This document shows positions 1-9,329 of a stretch of 64,000 bases of DNA, piece by piece (the first letter of the stretch is position 1; every line of letters begins with the position of its first letter). The DNA is from Muribaculaceae bacterium (GTDB taxonomy: Bacteria > Bacteroidota > Bacteroidia > Bacteroidales > Muribaculaceae). The stretch covers positions 27,735-91,734 of the forward strand of contig VSPM01000001.1 in NCBI GenBank assembly GCA_009775365.1, in the 5' to 3' direction. The translations under genes were made by a program, and so were the position numbers. The notes under the pieces were generated by a model. The model made no database searches, was not told the DNA's origin, and saw only the letters and a program-made list of their open reading frames with translations.

Positions 1-2
1 AA

Positions 3-617
3 TACTGGGAAGACGGCAAGTGGGTGGAGACCGGGAATCTGGAGATTCATCGCCCTCTCAACTACCCGAATATCGGCGAGCGTGAGTCATATCTTCTCTA
101 TCACGAGGAGCTTGAAAGCCTTGTGCTAAATTTCCCGACTATTCGTCGTGCACGTTTCTGGATGACTTTCGGACAGGAATATCTCACTCATCTCCGCGTG
201 ATTCAAGACATAGGCATGGCGCGAATCGACCCTGTGATGTATGAAGGGCGCGAGATTGTGCCTATCCAGTTCCTGAAGGCCGTGCTTCCCGATCCAGGTT
301 CGCTCGGAGAGAACTACACCGGCGAAACCTCAATTGGATGCCGCATCTCCGGCCTTGACAAGCAGGGCAAGGAGTCAACCTATTACATCTACAACAACTG
401 CTCGCATGAGGAGGCATACAAGGAGACCGGGGCTCAGGCTGTGAGCTACACCACAGGCGTGCCTGCAATGGTGGGGGCATACATGTTCCTCACCGGACAG
501 TGGGTTAAGCCTGGTGTGCACAATGTAGAGGAGTTCGATCCGGATCCGTTCCTGGAGAAACTCTCAATTTCCGGCCTGCCATGGCACGTGATTGTGGATG
601 GCGACATAGAGCTCTGA
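3..617 (+). CDS. saccharopine dehydrogenase-family protein, C-terminal part (possibly carboxy(nor)spermidine dehydrogenase); 5' end lies outside the window
   Basis: The frame is open from the window edge to TGA at 615-617. The C-terminal region (YTTGVPAMVGA, VEEFDPDPFLEKL) resembles this family from memory. No start codon is visible. Confidence 0.55.
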   Translation, partial: YWEDGKWVETGNLEIHRPLNYPNIGERESYLLYHEELESLVLNFPTIRRARFWMTFGQEYLTHLRVIQDIGMARIDPVMYEGREIVPIQFLKAVLPDPGSLGENYTGETSIGCRISGLDKQGKESTYYIYNNCSHEEAYKETGAQAVSYTTGVPAMVGAYMFLTGQWVKPGVHNVEEFDPDPFLEKLSISGLPWHVIVDGDIEL

Positions 618-682
618 AAAGCAGACAACTCAAACTAATAAATTCTTACGTCTTTCTTGTGAACAACAGATATTTGATTGCG

Positions 683-3088
683 ATGGCGGCTGGAGCGGCC
701 GCCATCGCCATTTATACAGGGGCATATGCCAATGGCGCCGAGATAAGAGAGGTGAAAGGGGGATATGAAGTGCAGACAGATGCCGGCATTGTGTCGGTGC
801 AGCCGTTCACTTCCGAAATTTTTCGCGTGACATCACTTCCCAAGGGGTCGCAGCTCGTCTACACGCCTTCGCAATCGGCAGTGCTGGCTCCCGTGAAGGC
901 CGATGTGCGCACAACCGCCACTCCTGATGCGTTTTTCATATCGTCTCCTTCCACCACCGTCAGGATTGACCGCGCTTCGGGGCGTGTCACTTTCCATGAT
1001 CCCAACGGCAACCTCATTCTTTCAGAGTTAAAGGGTGTAGACAATTCCGGCGATGTCAAGACTGTGACATTCGCAGGCGATATGTCGGAGGCTATATATG
1101 GAGCCGGAGAGAGGGGGCATTCCCTAAATCTTAACGGCGATTCGCTTGCAATGTATAACCGCCAGAATTATGGCTACACCGCCGGCGACCCACGGATATC
1201 GCAGATGGGAATCACTATGCCCTATTTTGTGTCAGACATGGGATATGGAGTGCTTTTTGACGATTACAATGAGGCAGGGCTCACTCTTGGCGACACTATA
1301 AAGTATTCTTCAGCCACACCAAAGCCTCTTTCATATTATTTTATTAACGGTGAAGGCACTTTGGCCGGCGTTACCGAAGGCTACACCCTTCTCACAGGGC
1401 GCCAGAATCTTCCGCCTTTCTGGGGACTTGGATATATCACCTCCAAATATGGCTATCATAATCAGAAAGAGGCGATAGGAGCTATTGACTCTCTCAAGAC
1501 TCGCGGCTATCCGGTAGACGGCATGGTGCTCGACCTTTATTGGTATGGCGTGGAAACCGACATGGGTCGCCTCGAATGGGACAAGAAGCAATGGCCTGAC
1601 CATAAGAAGATGCTTTCCGATTTGAAAGAGAGGGGAGTGAACATGGTGTTGATCTCTCAGCCTTATGTTAATAAGAATGGGGCTATCGACAATTATAACT
1701 ATCTTTCAGAGCGCGGTATGCTGGCAAAAGACTCTCTGGGCCGCACTCATGATGTGACCACATGGGTGGGCGACGCCGGAATGATAGATGTGAGCAACCC
1801 CGATACGCGCGAATGGCTTTGGAACCGATTGAAAGGGCTCACTGAAGAGGGCGTGGCCGGATGGTGGGGCGACCTCGGAGAGCCGGAGGTTCATCCGCGT
1901 TCTATTGTGCATGCCAACGGCGAGACTGCGCCTCAATATCACAATGTGTATTGCAATGAATGGTCTCGTCTGATTTATGAAGGGCTGCGCAAGGATTTCC
2001 CCGACTTGCGCCCGCTCCTGATGATGCGCGGCGGCACGGCGGGACTCCAGCGTTACAGCGTGTTCCCTTGGACAACAGACGTGTCGCGCTCCTGGGGCGG
2101 TTTTCAGCCGCAGGTGAACCTCATGCTTAGTTCCGGCCTTTCCGGTCTGGGCTATATGAGTTCCGACCTTGGAGGGTTTGCTGTCGACCCTGAGCATCCG
2201 CGTGACGAGGAGCTATATGTGAGATGGGTGCAGATGGGTGCGTTCACACCGTTTATGCGCACACATGCCCAGCAGCAGCCGGAGCCTTACCATTACCCTG
2301 CTCAGGAAGAGATTCTAAAGAAATTCATAAGAATGCGCTACGAGTGGCTGCCATATAACTATACCCTCGCTTATGAAAACGCCACAAAGGGCTGGCCTTT
2401 GGCTCGTCCGTTGAATTTCTCGGGCGATAATCCCGGCGACAAGTATTCCACCGTCACCGACGAATATCTATGGGGCAGCAATGTGCTTGTGGCTCCGGTC
2501 ATGGAGCAAGGTGCGCGCAGGCGCAGGGTTGTGTTCCCCGCCGGAGAGTGGATTAACTGGAATGATCCCACTTTGCGCTATCACGGAGGCACGGAGGCTA
2601 CTGTGAATGCTCCGCTCGACGAACTTCCGATGTTTGTGCGGGCAGGATCGTTCATCCCTCAATATGACAAGCGAATCGAGAATGTCGGACAGTATGACCC
2701 GCAGCAGCTCACGGTGCGCTATTACCCATCGCCGGTGGAGACTGAATATGTGCTTTATGATGACAACAGGATTTCTCCCGCTTCATTGAGCGATGGCGCC
2801 TATCAGCTTACATTTTTCAATGGAGAGAAGAAAGGCGACAAGATAATAATCTCGCTGCGTACTAACGGAGGAAAATACGAAGGAATGCCGTCAGTGAGGA
2901 TGATTACGCTCGACATAATAGACGTTCCGCGTCCGGCAAGCGTGTCGCTTTCAGACGGCACACCCATGCAGGAAGCCGTCTCTGTGAAAGCCATACGCCA
3001 ATATGGCTGGGCCTACGATGCCTCCACGCGCACACTCTCTGTGCGTTTCCCCTGGACCTACGCCCCCCTCGGAATCCAGGTGAACTGA
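683..3088 (+). CDS. glycoside hydrolase family 31 (alpha-glucosidase/alpha-xylosidase type)
   Basis: The long ORF carries GH31-like catalytic-region strings (DGMVLDLYWYG, GWWGDLGEPE, FTPFMRTH). The ORF-track start at 581 overlaps the upstream gene. ATG at 683 (MAAGAAAIAIYTGAYA, signal-like) is the more plausible start. Confidence 0.85.
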   Translation: MAAGAAAIAIYTGAYANGAEIREVKGGYEVQTDAGIVSVQPFTSEIFRVTSLPKGSQLVYTPSQSAVLAPVKADVRTTATPDAFFISSPSTTVRIDRASGRVTFHDPNGNLILSELKGVDNSGDVKTVTFAGDMSEAIYGAGERGHSLNLNGDSLAMYNRQNYGYTAGDPRISQMGITMPYFVSDMGYGVLFDDYNEAGLTLGDTIKYSSATPKPLSYYFINGEGTLAGVTEGYTLLTGRQNLPPFWGLGYITSKYGYHNQKEAIGAIDSLKTRGYPVDGMVLDLYWYGVETDMGRLEWDKKQWPDHKKMLSDLKERGVNMVLISQPYVNKNGAIDNYNYLSERGMLAKDSLGRTHDVTTWVGDAGMIDVSNPDTREWLWNRLKGLTEEGVAGWWGDLGEPEVHPRSIVHANGETAPQYHNVYCNEWSRLIYEGLRKDFPDLRPLLMMRGGTAGLQRYSVFPWTTDVSRSWGGFQPQVNLMLSSGLSGLGYMSSDLGGFAVDPEHPRDEELYVRWVQMGAFTPFMRTHAQQQPEPYHYPAQEEILKKFIRMRYEWLPYNYTLAYENATKGWPLARPLNFSGDNPGDKYSTVTDEYLWGSNVLVAPVMEQGARRRRVVFPAGEWINWNDPTLRYHGGTEATVNAPLDELPMFVRAGSFIPQYDKRIENVGQYDPQQLTVRYYPSPVETEYVLYDDNRISPASLSDGAYQLTFFNGEKKGDKIIISLRTNGGKYEGMPSVRMITLDIIDVPRPASVSLSDGTPMQEAVSVKAIRQYGWAYDASTRTLSVRFPWTYAPLGIQVN

Positions 3089-3111
3089 ACAACATTATAA
3101 AATCAATGCCT

Positions 3112-3163
3112 CTCCTTGTGGCTGCAAAGGCAACTGCTTTATTGCCTGCGGAGCCACAAGGAG
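3112..3163 (+). terminator. hairpin downstream of the GH31 gene
   Basis: ctccttgtggct (3112-3123) pairs perfectly with agccacaaggag (3152-3163). The long loop has internal pairing, and cttt follows the stem. Confidence 0.45.
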
Positions 3164-3350
3164 GGGCTTTGATTTACAGATAAAAATGGTGGCGGGAATA
3201 ATGTTTCCTATAGATGACTTCCTTTTGGAATCTATTGTAAGGGTGTTTTTATTGTTTGATTAATAGCTCGTTATTATTTTAGATATATTTGTAGACTGTT
3301 GTTTTTATGCTAATTTGACATTAATACATAAATTTGCGCTATAGTTAATT

Positions 3351-4228
3351 TCTAAGAGATTGTCTAAAAATTAGTGCGAAATAATGTTATTAGGCATAAC
3401 AAACCCTCAATCAGAGTGTTGAAGGAGAAAAGACTAATATTATGCACGAAATCAATCTCTATCAGACACATCTGACCGAGGGTCAGTGGTCTTATATAAA
3501 CAAAGAATTCCTTGAAAATGATAGACGCAAGAGAAAATATTCACTACAATCAGTTTTTGAAGCTATCCTCTACCTATTGGTCAGCGGTTGTCAATGGCGA
3601 AGGTTGCCTCACGACTATCCCGCGTGGAAAAGTGTCTATTATTACTACCATAAATGGAGACAAGAGGGTCGTGTCGAGCATTTCCTTGAGAAACTCGTCA
3701 GAAAGATACGTCGCAAACGCGGCCAGGCATCAAGTCCGAGTGTTGGCGCGATGGATGCCCAAAGTGTCAAATGGGGTAGCCGACATGGAGATAACGGATA
3801 TGACGGCAACAAAAAAGTCAAGGGTGTCAAAAAGAATATCATCACCGACCGCAATGGCTTCATCCTTGCGAGGAAAGTATGTAACGCCGGTATTCACGAT
3901 TCAAGAATGGCTCATGATCTATGCGGACTGGCGGATGATGTATGGGAAGACCTGCGCAAGGTATTGTCCGACCGAGGGTATCGGGGAGACGTGGGCAAAG
4001 ACATTGAAAAAGACTTCGGCATCGAGCTTGAGGCATCCAATACCCCCAATGGAGTTAAGGGATTCCTGCCAAAGCCGCTCAGATGGGTGGTTGAGAGGAC
4101 TTTCGCATGGCTTTACTCTTGCCGCAGACTCGCCCGGAACTATGAGATACTGAATGAATCAGCGGAAGAAATGATTGATTTCGCTGCCATAAAATTTTTA
4201 ATCAATAAAATTTAGACAATCTCTTAGA
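3351..4228 (+). mobile_element. IS5-family insertion sequence (about 878 bp, single transposase ORF)
   Basis: Perfect 18-bp terminal inverted repeats: tctaagagattgtctaaa at 3351-3368 and its reverse complement at 4211-4228. The right repeat overlaps the transposase stop codon. I could not identify a clear target-site duplication. Confidence 0.8.
3442..4215 (+). CDS. IS5-family DDE transposase
   Basis: 257 aa. The N-terminal HTH-like region (LTEGQWSYI, YLLVSGCQWRRLP, YYYYHKWRQEG) and the C-terminal DDE region (ITDRNG, SDRGYRGD, RWVVERTFAWL, LARNYE) are typical of small IS5/IS1031-like transposases. Confidence 0.85.
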   Translation: MHEINLYQTHLTEGQWSYINKEFLENDRRKRKYSLQSVFEAILYLLVSGCQWRRLPHDYPAWKSVYYYYHKWRQEGRVEHFLEKLVRKIRRKRGQASSPSVGAMDAQSVKWGSRHGDNGYDGNKKVKGVKKNIITDRNGFILARKVCNAGIHDSRMAHDLCGLADDVWEDLRKVLSDRGYRGDVGKDIEKDFGIELEASNTPNGVKGFLPKPLRWVVERTFAWLYSCRRLARNYEILNESAEEMIDFAAIKFLINKI

Positions 4229-4271
4229 GAGTTTAAAAGATGTTGGCTTTGTTAATGGTGATAAAAATCAA

Positions 4272-4300
4272 GAGGGCAGTCTTGAGATTTGACTGTCCTC
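4272..4300 (-). terminator. hairpin downstream of ferritin
   Basis: gagggcagtc (4272-4281) and gactgtcctc (4291-4300) form a 10-bp stem with one mismatch. On the minus strand a T-rich run (ttgattttta) follows. Confidence 0.5.
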
Positions 4301-4329
4301 CTGATTTAGTTTCTTCTTTGAGGGATTGG

Positions 4330-4845
4330 TTACTTGCTGAGTAGGGCGGGGGCTTTGTAAGTGCGCTTTGCAAGCTCGGCATCGATCTGATAGATGCCTG
4401 TGCCGTCTTCGCCAACGAGTGTGAAGTTGTCGATGAGATCTTGTGCAGTCTCTTCTTCTTCAACCTGCTCTGCTATGAACCAGTTGAGCATCTGACGAGT
4501 AGCGAAGTCCTTTTCCTCTTCTGCGAGTGCGTAGAGGTTGTTGATGAGAGAAGTTACCTGGCGCTCGTGAGCGAGAGTTGCGGCAAAAGCCTCAAGAGGT
4601 GATGCCCATTCTGAAGGAACTTCTTTGATGGGGGAAAGAACCACTTTCGCACCGCGTGCATTCAGATAGTTGATGAAGATCTGAGCATGAGCGAATTCTT
4701 CTTTAAACTGGATGCGGAACCAGTTGGCGATTCCTTTGCGCCCGATCGACTCAAAGTGATTGGCCATGGAGAGGTAAAGATAACCTGACCAGAACTCCCA
4801 GTTGATCTGGGCGTTGATGGCGCTGCTGATTTTGTTGCTGATCAT
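4330..4845 (-). CDS. ftnA: non-heme ferritin
   Basis: 171 aa. The ferritin-like di-iron helices are recognisable (INAQINWEFWSGYLYLSMANHF, FKEEFAHAQ, LAHERQVT, AEQVEEE). Confidence 0.9.
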   Translation of the reverse strand: MISNKISSAINAQINWEFWSGYLYLSMANHFESIGRKGIANWFRIQFKEEFAHAQIFINYLNARGAKVVLSPIKEVPSEWASPLEAFAATLAHERQVTSLINNLYALAEEEKDFATRQMLNWFIAEQVEEEETAQDLIDNFTLVGEDGTGIYQIDAELAKRTYKAPALLSK

Positions 4846-5265
4846 TGTTAGTATTTTTAAGTTTAATGCAAATGCATTGATGCTCTATCAATATTTTCAT
4901 TGCCGCATATTGTGCCGGGCCTGCATCACAGGAAGTGAAATCTTTTAATATGTTCAAGACTTCTCACGAGGAGAAGGAGGGTTCCCGACAGGCTGCTGCG
5001 GCGGAATCTGGAGGAGATGGTTAAGTGAGACATAACAATAACGTTTAACGGTTAAAAATATTCTTAAAACCGGTTCCCGCTCGCAAAGAAAACTGCGGTC
5101 TTCCGTATATTTGCCAAACATCATATAGGCATAAAAGGTTGCCTTCTAAACATTTTTTAAGAGTTTTAAAAATCGGATTATAATTGCATATGCCGATTTT
5201 TATTCCCATATTTGCATGGTCGCTTTGGAGAAATATTCCAGGTGAATGTAAAAAATGACACGTCT

Positions 5266-6159
5266 ATGATTCTGATAACAGGTGCCTCAGGGATGCTTGG
5301 AGGATATGTGAGAGAACAATTCAGCGGAGAAAAAATAGCCACGCTCGGGAGGAGTGAGGGTGACACTTACAGGTGTGACCTGACGAAGGGAGTGCCTGAT
5401 TTTGGGAATGAACGTTTTGATCTGGTGGTGCATTGCGCCGGAACGGAATTGGATTCTGATGCGAGGTCTCTGAATTTTGACGGCACGCGCAGCCTTCTGC
5501 AGGCGTTGGAAGAGAATCCTCCGAAATATTTTGTGTATGTAAGCAGTTGCAAGGTTTATAGCCCGGAAGGTGAGAACCTGGATGAGGAGTCAAACCTGTG
5601 GGCGTTGGGAGAGGCCGGAGAGTCAAAGGCAAGCGCGGAGACGGAGGTGAAGCGGTGGGCCGGAAACAAAGGGACGGTGCTAACGATTATTCGCCCTGCG
5701 AGAATGTTTGGTAAAGGGGTAGGAGGCGACACGCTGCGCCTTTTTAATGATGCCCTAAGCGGATGGTATGTCCATATCAGAGGCAACAATGCCCGGGTAA
5801 GCCTTGTGTCTGCTCTCGATGTGGCGAAAGGGATAAAGATGGTGTATAAAGAGGGTGGTGTGTATAATGCGGCCGACGGAGTCAATCCACGGTTTATTGA
5901 TATGGTGGAGGCAATGACGGCTAATGCCGGGGCCATGAAGCGCATGACGCACCTTCCTGCATCATGGGCGGAATGGGTATGGAGGCTTGGAAGATGGATT
6001 CCGGCAATCGACCGCAACTTGAACCCCAAAGTGGCCGGACAGCGAATGAAAACGCTCACAATCAATGGGGAAAAACTTGCCGAGCATGGCGGATTCAATT
6101 ATTTTGACACGTTGGAGGTTATTTCAAGAACATCAAAAGACTATCCTTATGAAGATTGA
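5266..6159 (+). CDS. NAD-dependent epimerase/dehydratase family protein
   Basis: A Rossmann motif follows ATG 5266 directly (MILITGASGMLGG). The upstream extension of the ORF (from 5212) lacks similarity and was trimmed. Confidence 0.75.
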   Translation: MILITGASGMLGGYVREQFSGEKIATLGRSEGDTYRCDLTKGVPDFGNERFDLVVHCAGTELDSDARSLNFDGTRSLLQALEENPPKYFVYVSSCKVYSPEGENLDEESNLWALGEAGESKASAETEVKRWAGNKGTVLTIIRPARMFGKGVGGDTLRLFNDALSGWYVHIRGNNARVSLVSALDVAKGIKMVYKEGGVYNAADGVNPRFIDMVEAMTANAGAMKRMTHLPASWAEWVWRLGRWIPAIDRNLNPKVAGQRMKTLTINGEKLAEHGGFNYFDTLEVISRTSKDYPYED

Positions 6160-7018
6160 AAAAATACAAAATTTTGCGGGCACATTGGCGGCATCGGCGG
6201 CATCGCTGATAAAAGTGGCGTTGATGTCGAAGGGGGTATCGCCGCAGAGCAGTGCAGGAGAAGGAAGGTCGGTTGTTGTGATGGGTAATGGCCCCTCTTT
6301 GCGCAAGACAATAGATGAGGATGGGGAATGGCTTTGTTCTCATGACCTTATGGCTGTGAACTTCGCGGCTAACACACCGGATTTTTTCAAACTTAGACCT
6401 CGCTTTTATGTTATGGCTGACGGTCACTTTTTCTCGGGTAATGCCACTGACCCTAATGTGGCCCGTTTGTGGGGAGAGCTTGGCAAAGTGAGCTGGAAGA
6501 TGTCTTTATGGGTGCCTTCGAAATGCCGGCATCTCGCAAAAGCCTTGGTGATAGGTAACAGCAATATAGAGTTGAAAACATTCAATCTCACGCCAGTGGA
6601 GGGGGCCGGATGGCTGAAGCGTGTGTTGCTCGATTCAGGACTGGGAATGCCGAGGCCGCGAAATGTGATGATTCCGGCAATAATGGTTGCCATGCGAGAG
6701 GGTTACAAGAAAATTTACCTGTGCGGAGCCGACCACACCTGGACGCAGACCCTGAGTGTGGATGATGAGAACTTTGTGGTCAGTGTTCAGCCCCATTTCT
6801 ATAAGGATAATGATGATGAGCATAAGCGTGTGCGCGCCGCCTATGCCGGATTGCATCTTCATGATGTGCTCGGAAGCATGTCCATAGCGTTTCGCAGTTA
6901 TTGGGAGCTGGCTGACTATGCGCGAAAACGGGGAGTGGAGATAGTGAACGCCACCCCCGGCTCGATGATTGATGCCTTCCCCAGGAGGAGTGTTTGCGGA
7001 AGAGAGCCCTTACGGTAG
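6149..7018 (+). CDS. hypothetical protein, DUF115/MptE-like nucleotide-binding fold (possible glycosyl/sialyl-transferase-like)
   Basis: ATG 6149 overlaps the epimerase stop by 11 nt, suggesting translational coupling. VVVMGNGPSL and IYLCGADHTW resemble DUF115-type proteins. The function is not established. Confidence 0.45.
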   Translation: MKIEKIQNFAGTLAASAASLIKVALMSKGVSPQSSAGEGRSVVVMGNGPSLRKTIDEDGEWLCSHDLMAVNFAANTPDFFKLRPRFYVMADGHFFSGNATDPNVARLWGELGKVSWKMSLWVPSKCRHLAKALVIGNSNIELKTFNLTPVEGAGWLKRVLLDSGLGMPRPRNVMIPAIMVAMREGYKKIYLCGADHTWTQTLSVDDENFVVSVQPHFYKDNDDEHKRVRAAYAGLHLHDVLGSMSIAFRSYWELADYARKRGVEIVNATPGSMIDAFPRRSVCGREPLR

Positions 7019-7020
7019 TA

Positions 7021-7080
7021 AAGTCCTTAAGGTATTTAAAGTCCTTAGGGATATTAATGTCTTTAAAGTCTCTAAGGCTG
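7021..7080. repeat. 9-bp-periodic degenerate tandem repeat (consensus A[AG]GTC[TC]TTA)
   Basis: The units read AAGTCCTTA AGGTATTTA AAGTCCTTA GGGATATTA ATGTCTTTA AAGTCTCTA. They lie immediately 3' of the four-helix-bundle gene. Confidence 0.6.
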
Positions 7081-7097
7081 TGAGGGGTAAAGGTTTT

Positions 7098-7643
7098 TTA
7101 ATAGCCTCTTTTATCTCGGCGAAGTCTTGACATCCTTTCAGAGAAGCCTCCATTATCAATGAAGTCTTTGGAAAGACGCTGCAATTGACGGAAAAGGAGG
7201 TAGTCGGCCTGATTAATCAGAATAATAGCCATATTTGCGATTGTCTGGGGAGGGCGTGTTACAATTAGTTTCATGAAGAACTCTGCATCATTATGCTGTC
7301 TGCCAAGCTGTCGCATTGTTTCATATTCGATGCTTCCTTTTTGCCACTGCCGATGATTGCGAGTCTTGAGATAATCTTCGTAATCTTCAAGAAGTTCTTT
7401 AAGACTGGCTTTTGCTACGTTTATGAGTTTGATTTCTGTTTTTGCTGAGGTGGAGGAGGCTGCGCATCCTTCTATTATATTCTGTTTTCCGCTACGGGCG
7501 GCTTGAACCATTTGATCTATAGTCCTGTCGCCGTTGTTCAGATAAGTAGCGCAGAAATAATATGTAATCTGAAAAATTACATCACTTTTCTGATAAGTGA
7601 GCAAATTCTTGTAATTACCCGTATTGGGAATCAAATCCTCCAT
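7098..7643 (-). CDS. four-helix-bundle protein (23S rRNA intervening-sequence protein / Avd-like family, with suffix domain)
   Basis: 181 aa. The N-terminal YKNLLTYQKSDVI, TIDQMVQAARSGKQNIIEG and SLKELLEDYEDYL strings are typical of Bacteroidales four-helix-bundle proteins. Confidence 0.8.
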   Translation of the reverse strand: MEDLIPNTGNYKNLLTYQKSDVIFQITYYFCATYLNNGDRTIDQMVQAARSGKQNIIEGCAASSTSAKTEIKLINVAKASLKELLEDYEDYLKTRNHRQWQKGSIEYETMRQLGRQHNDAEFFMKLIVTRPPQTIANMAIILINQADYLLFRQLQRLSKDFIDNGGFSERMSRLRRDKRGY

Positions 7644-7755
7644 ATTCCCGTAATGTTAAAATGGTTATTATCGCAAAGTTAGCGATAATATTTTAATTAC
7701 GGGCATAAAATAATTTAAATTATTTGAGAAAATGCAGTTTAATGCCTTCGGCCTT

Positions 7756-7779
7756 GAAGACTTTAATGTCTTTAAGGAG
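7756..7779. repeat. weak copy of the 9-bp-periodic repeat on the 5' side of the four-helix-bundle gene
   Basis: gaagactttaatgtctttaaggag shares the GTCTTTAAGG core with the arrays at 7021-7080 and 32691-32760. Confidence 0.4.
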
Positions 7780-7789
7780 GTTATGGTTG

Positions 7790-9214
7790 TTAATCGGCGG
7801 GCGGGGCGGTGTAGACGTAGGCGCCGAGGTCGGGAGTGCCGTGTGAGAGGCGGTCAAGGCCGTCCATGTCGTATAGGCATTGCGGAGTCACAAAGGAGGA
7901 GTTGCCTCTCCCTATGGCCGGAGATTCCGGCTTCAGGTGATAGTTGAAATAATAATCGTTGCGCTCTGTGTAGAAGAGTGGGTCTTCGTTCCATATGCAG
8001 TCGATGAAATTATCATCGTTTGAGCCGTCGGCTTTCAGAAGAATATTCCTCAGGAACACATTTGAGCCTTTGAGATCTCCTGTGTTTATGGGAGAGCCGA
8101 TATATCCCCAGATTATTCCGTTGTCGAAAGAGGCTTTCATAAGCGGTAGGGAATTATCATCCGCGTGCTCAGGGAGACAGTGGTATAGCGACAGGTTGGA
8201 TTGCCCGAGAGAGCCGAATAGATAGTAGTTGGCGATTGTGCATTGCACAAACTCGTGCTCGCCGCCGGTGAGGCTCACAACGGCTCCGGCCGCTTCTGAG
8301 AAACAGCACCCGTAGGCATCCACTTTAGCGTAGCGGGAATCGATCACTGTGGATTGCGAGTTATGAAGCCAGCTGTTGACGAGGGTGAGCTTCTGCCTTG
8401 AAAGATCTGCACATGAATCTATGCGCAGCCCTTCCACTGTGGAGCGCATATTCACAAATTCGAGCCTGTTGCCGAATGACCCGGGGGCAATTGTCACTCC
8501 TTGCCATTGCCCGGCCATAAGGTCGTAGGGCACATCGGGAAGCACATTGTCAAGCCGGTCGCCGCGAAGGTCGATAAAATTATTTGCGTTTCCTACAGCG
8601 TTCAGAGTGCCGCGCACCACAAGACGAGCCTTGTCGTGGAAGAGCACCTGTGCGCCGGGCTCGATTGTGAGAGTGGCTCCGAGCTCTACAGACAGAGAAT
8701 CAAACACTATGTATGGGCGCTCGGCTGTGAGGTGCATATCTTTTTCCACTCTTACGCCATGAAGACGAGTTGCATTAAGCCCCCATGCTTCTACCTCCAC
8801 TTCCTGAGTGACTCCGTTGGTGACAAATTCCAGCTGGTCTGCCACTTTTTGAGGCTCCAGTGCATTGTCCGGGCTTATGAAACATTCGATGAAAATAAGA
8901 ATTGAATCGTTGCCTCGGATCTCTACATCGCGAAAGGATGTGCCGCTGACACCGTCGACATTGAACGAAAAATTTGTGTCGGGATTGCGGAACCGTATGG
9001 ATGATATGTTAACACCCTTTTTGTTATGATTGAACACCCAAAGGCGTGCGGTGGGGGTGGTGAGGTCGGTGAAAACGGTGCCGAAACTCACAGTGTCGGT
9101 AGAAAACGAGAGTGTAGCCGAAGGAGAATCGGTGAAATCGTCGTTAATGCATGACACCGATATTAAACCAAAAAACGCGGCAAGCGTCAATAAAATGTAT
9201 CTCATTGCGTTCAT
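7790..9214 (-). CDS. hypothetical lipoprotein (possibly a beta-helix type)
   Basis: The internal start MNAMRYILLTLAAFFGLISVSC gives a signal peptide with a lipobox Cys. I do not recognise a specific family. Confidence 0.6.
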   Translation of the reverse strand: MNAMRYILLTLAAFFGLISVSCINDDFTDSPSATLSFSTDTVSFGTVFTDLTTPTARLWVFNHNKKGVNISSIRFRNPDTNFSFNVDGVSGTSFRDVEIRGNDSILIFIECFISPDNALEPQKVADQLEFVTNGVTQEVEVEAWGLNATRLHGVRVEKDMHLTAERPYIVFDSLSVELGATLTIEPGAQVLFHDKARLVVRGTLNAVGNANNFIDLRGDRLDNVLPDVPYDLMAGQWQGVTIAPGSFGNRLEFVNMRSTVEGLRIDSCADLSRQKLTLVNSWLHNSQSTVIDSRYAKVDAYGCCFSEAAGAVVSLTGGEHEFVQCTIANYYLFGSLGQSNLSLYHCLPEHADDNSLPLMKASFDNGIIWGYIGSPINTGDLKGSNVFLRNILLKADGSNDDNFIDCIWNEDPLFYTERNDYYFNYHLKPESPAIGRGNSSFVTPQCLYDMDGLDRLSHGTPDLGAYVYTAPPAD

Positions 9215-9329
9215 ATAATAAAAACGTGTCTGCCGGGTCGGATATTGCGCTTTGTGAAAGGCGAAGATGTCCATATTATCGTCTCGGCGGTGAAATTTAG
9301 ATCAGAACAAGCCCACAGTACACATACGC

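Noticed and set aside
581-682. ORF-track start of the GH31 gene at 581, overlapping the upstream gene by 37 nt
   Set aside because: The first 34 residues are basic and non-signal-like and overlap the upstream coding end. ATG 683 gives a plausible signal-like N-terminus. The true start remains somewhat uncertain.
3512-4153. 213-aa ORF overlapping the IS transposase in another frame, which could suggest an orfA/orfB programmed frameshift
   Set aside because: The 257-aa frame already contains both the N-terminal HTH-like and the DDE regions in one piece. The overlapping ORF has no recognisable features and is best explained as a shadow frame.
7019-7790. Diversity-generating retroelement around the Avd-like four-helix-bundle gene
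   Set aside because: There is no reverse transcriptase ORF and no template/variable repeat pair with adenine-specific mismatches nearby, or anywhere in the window.
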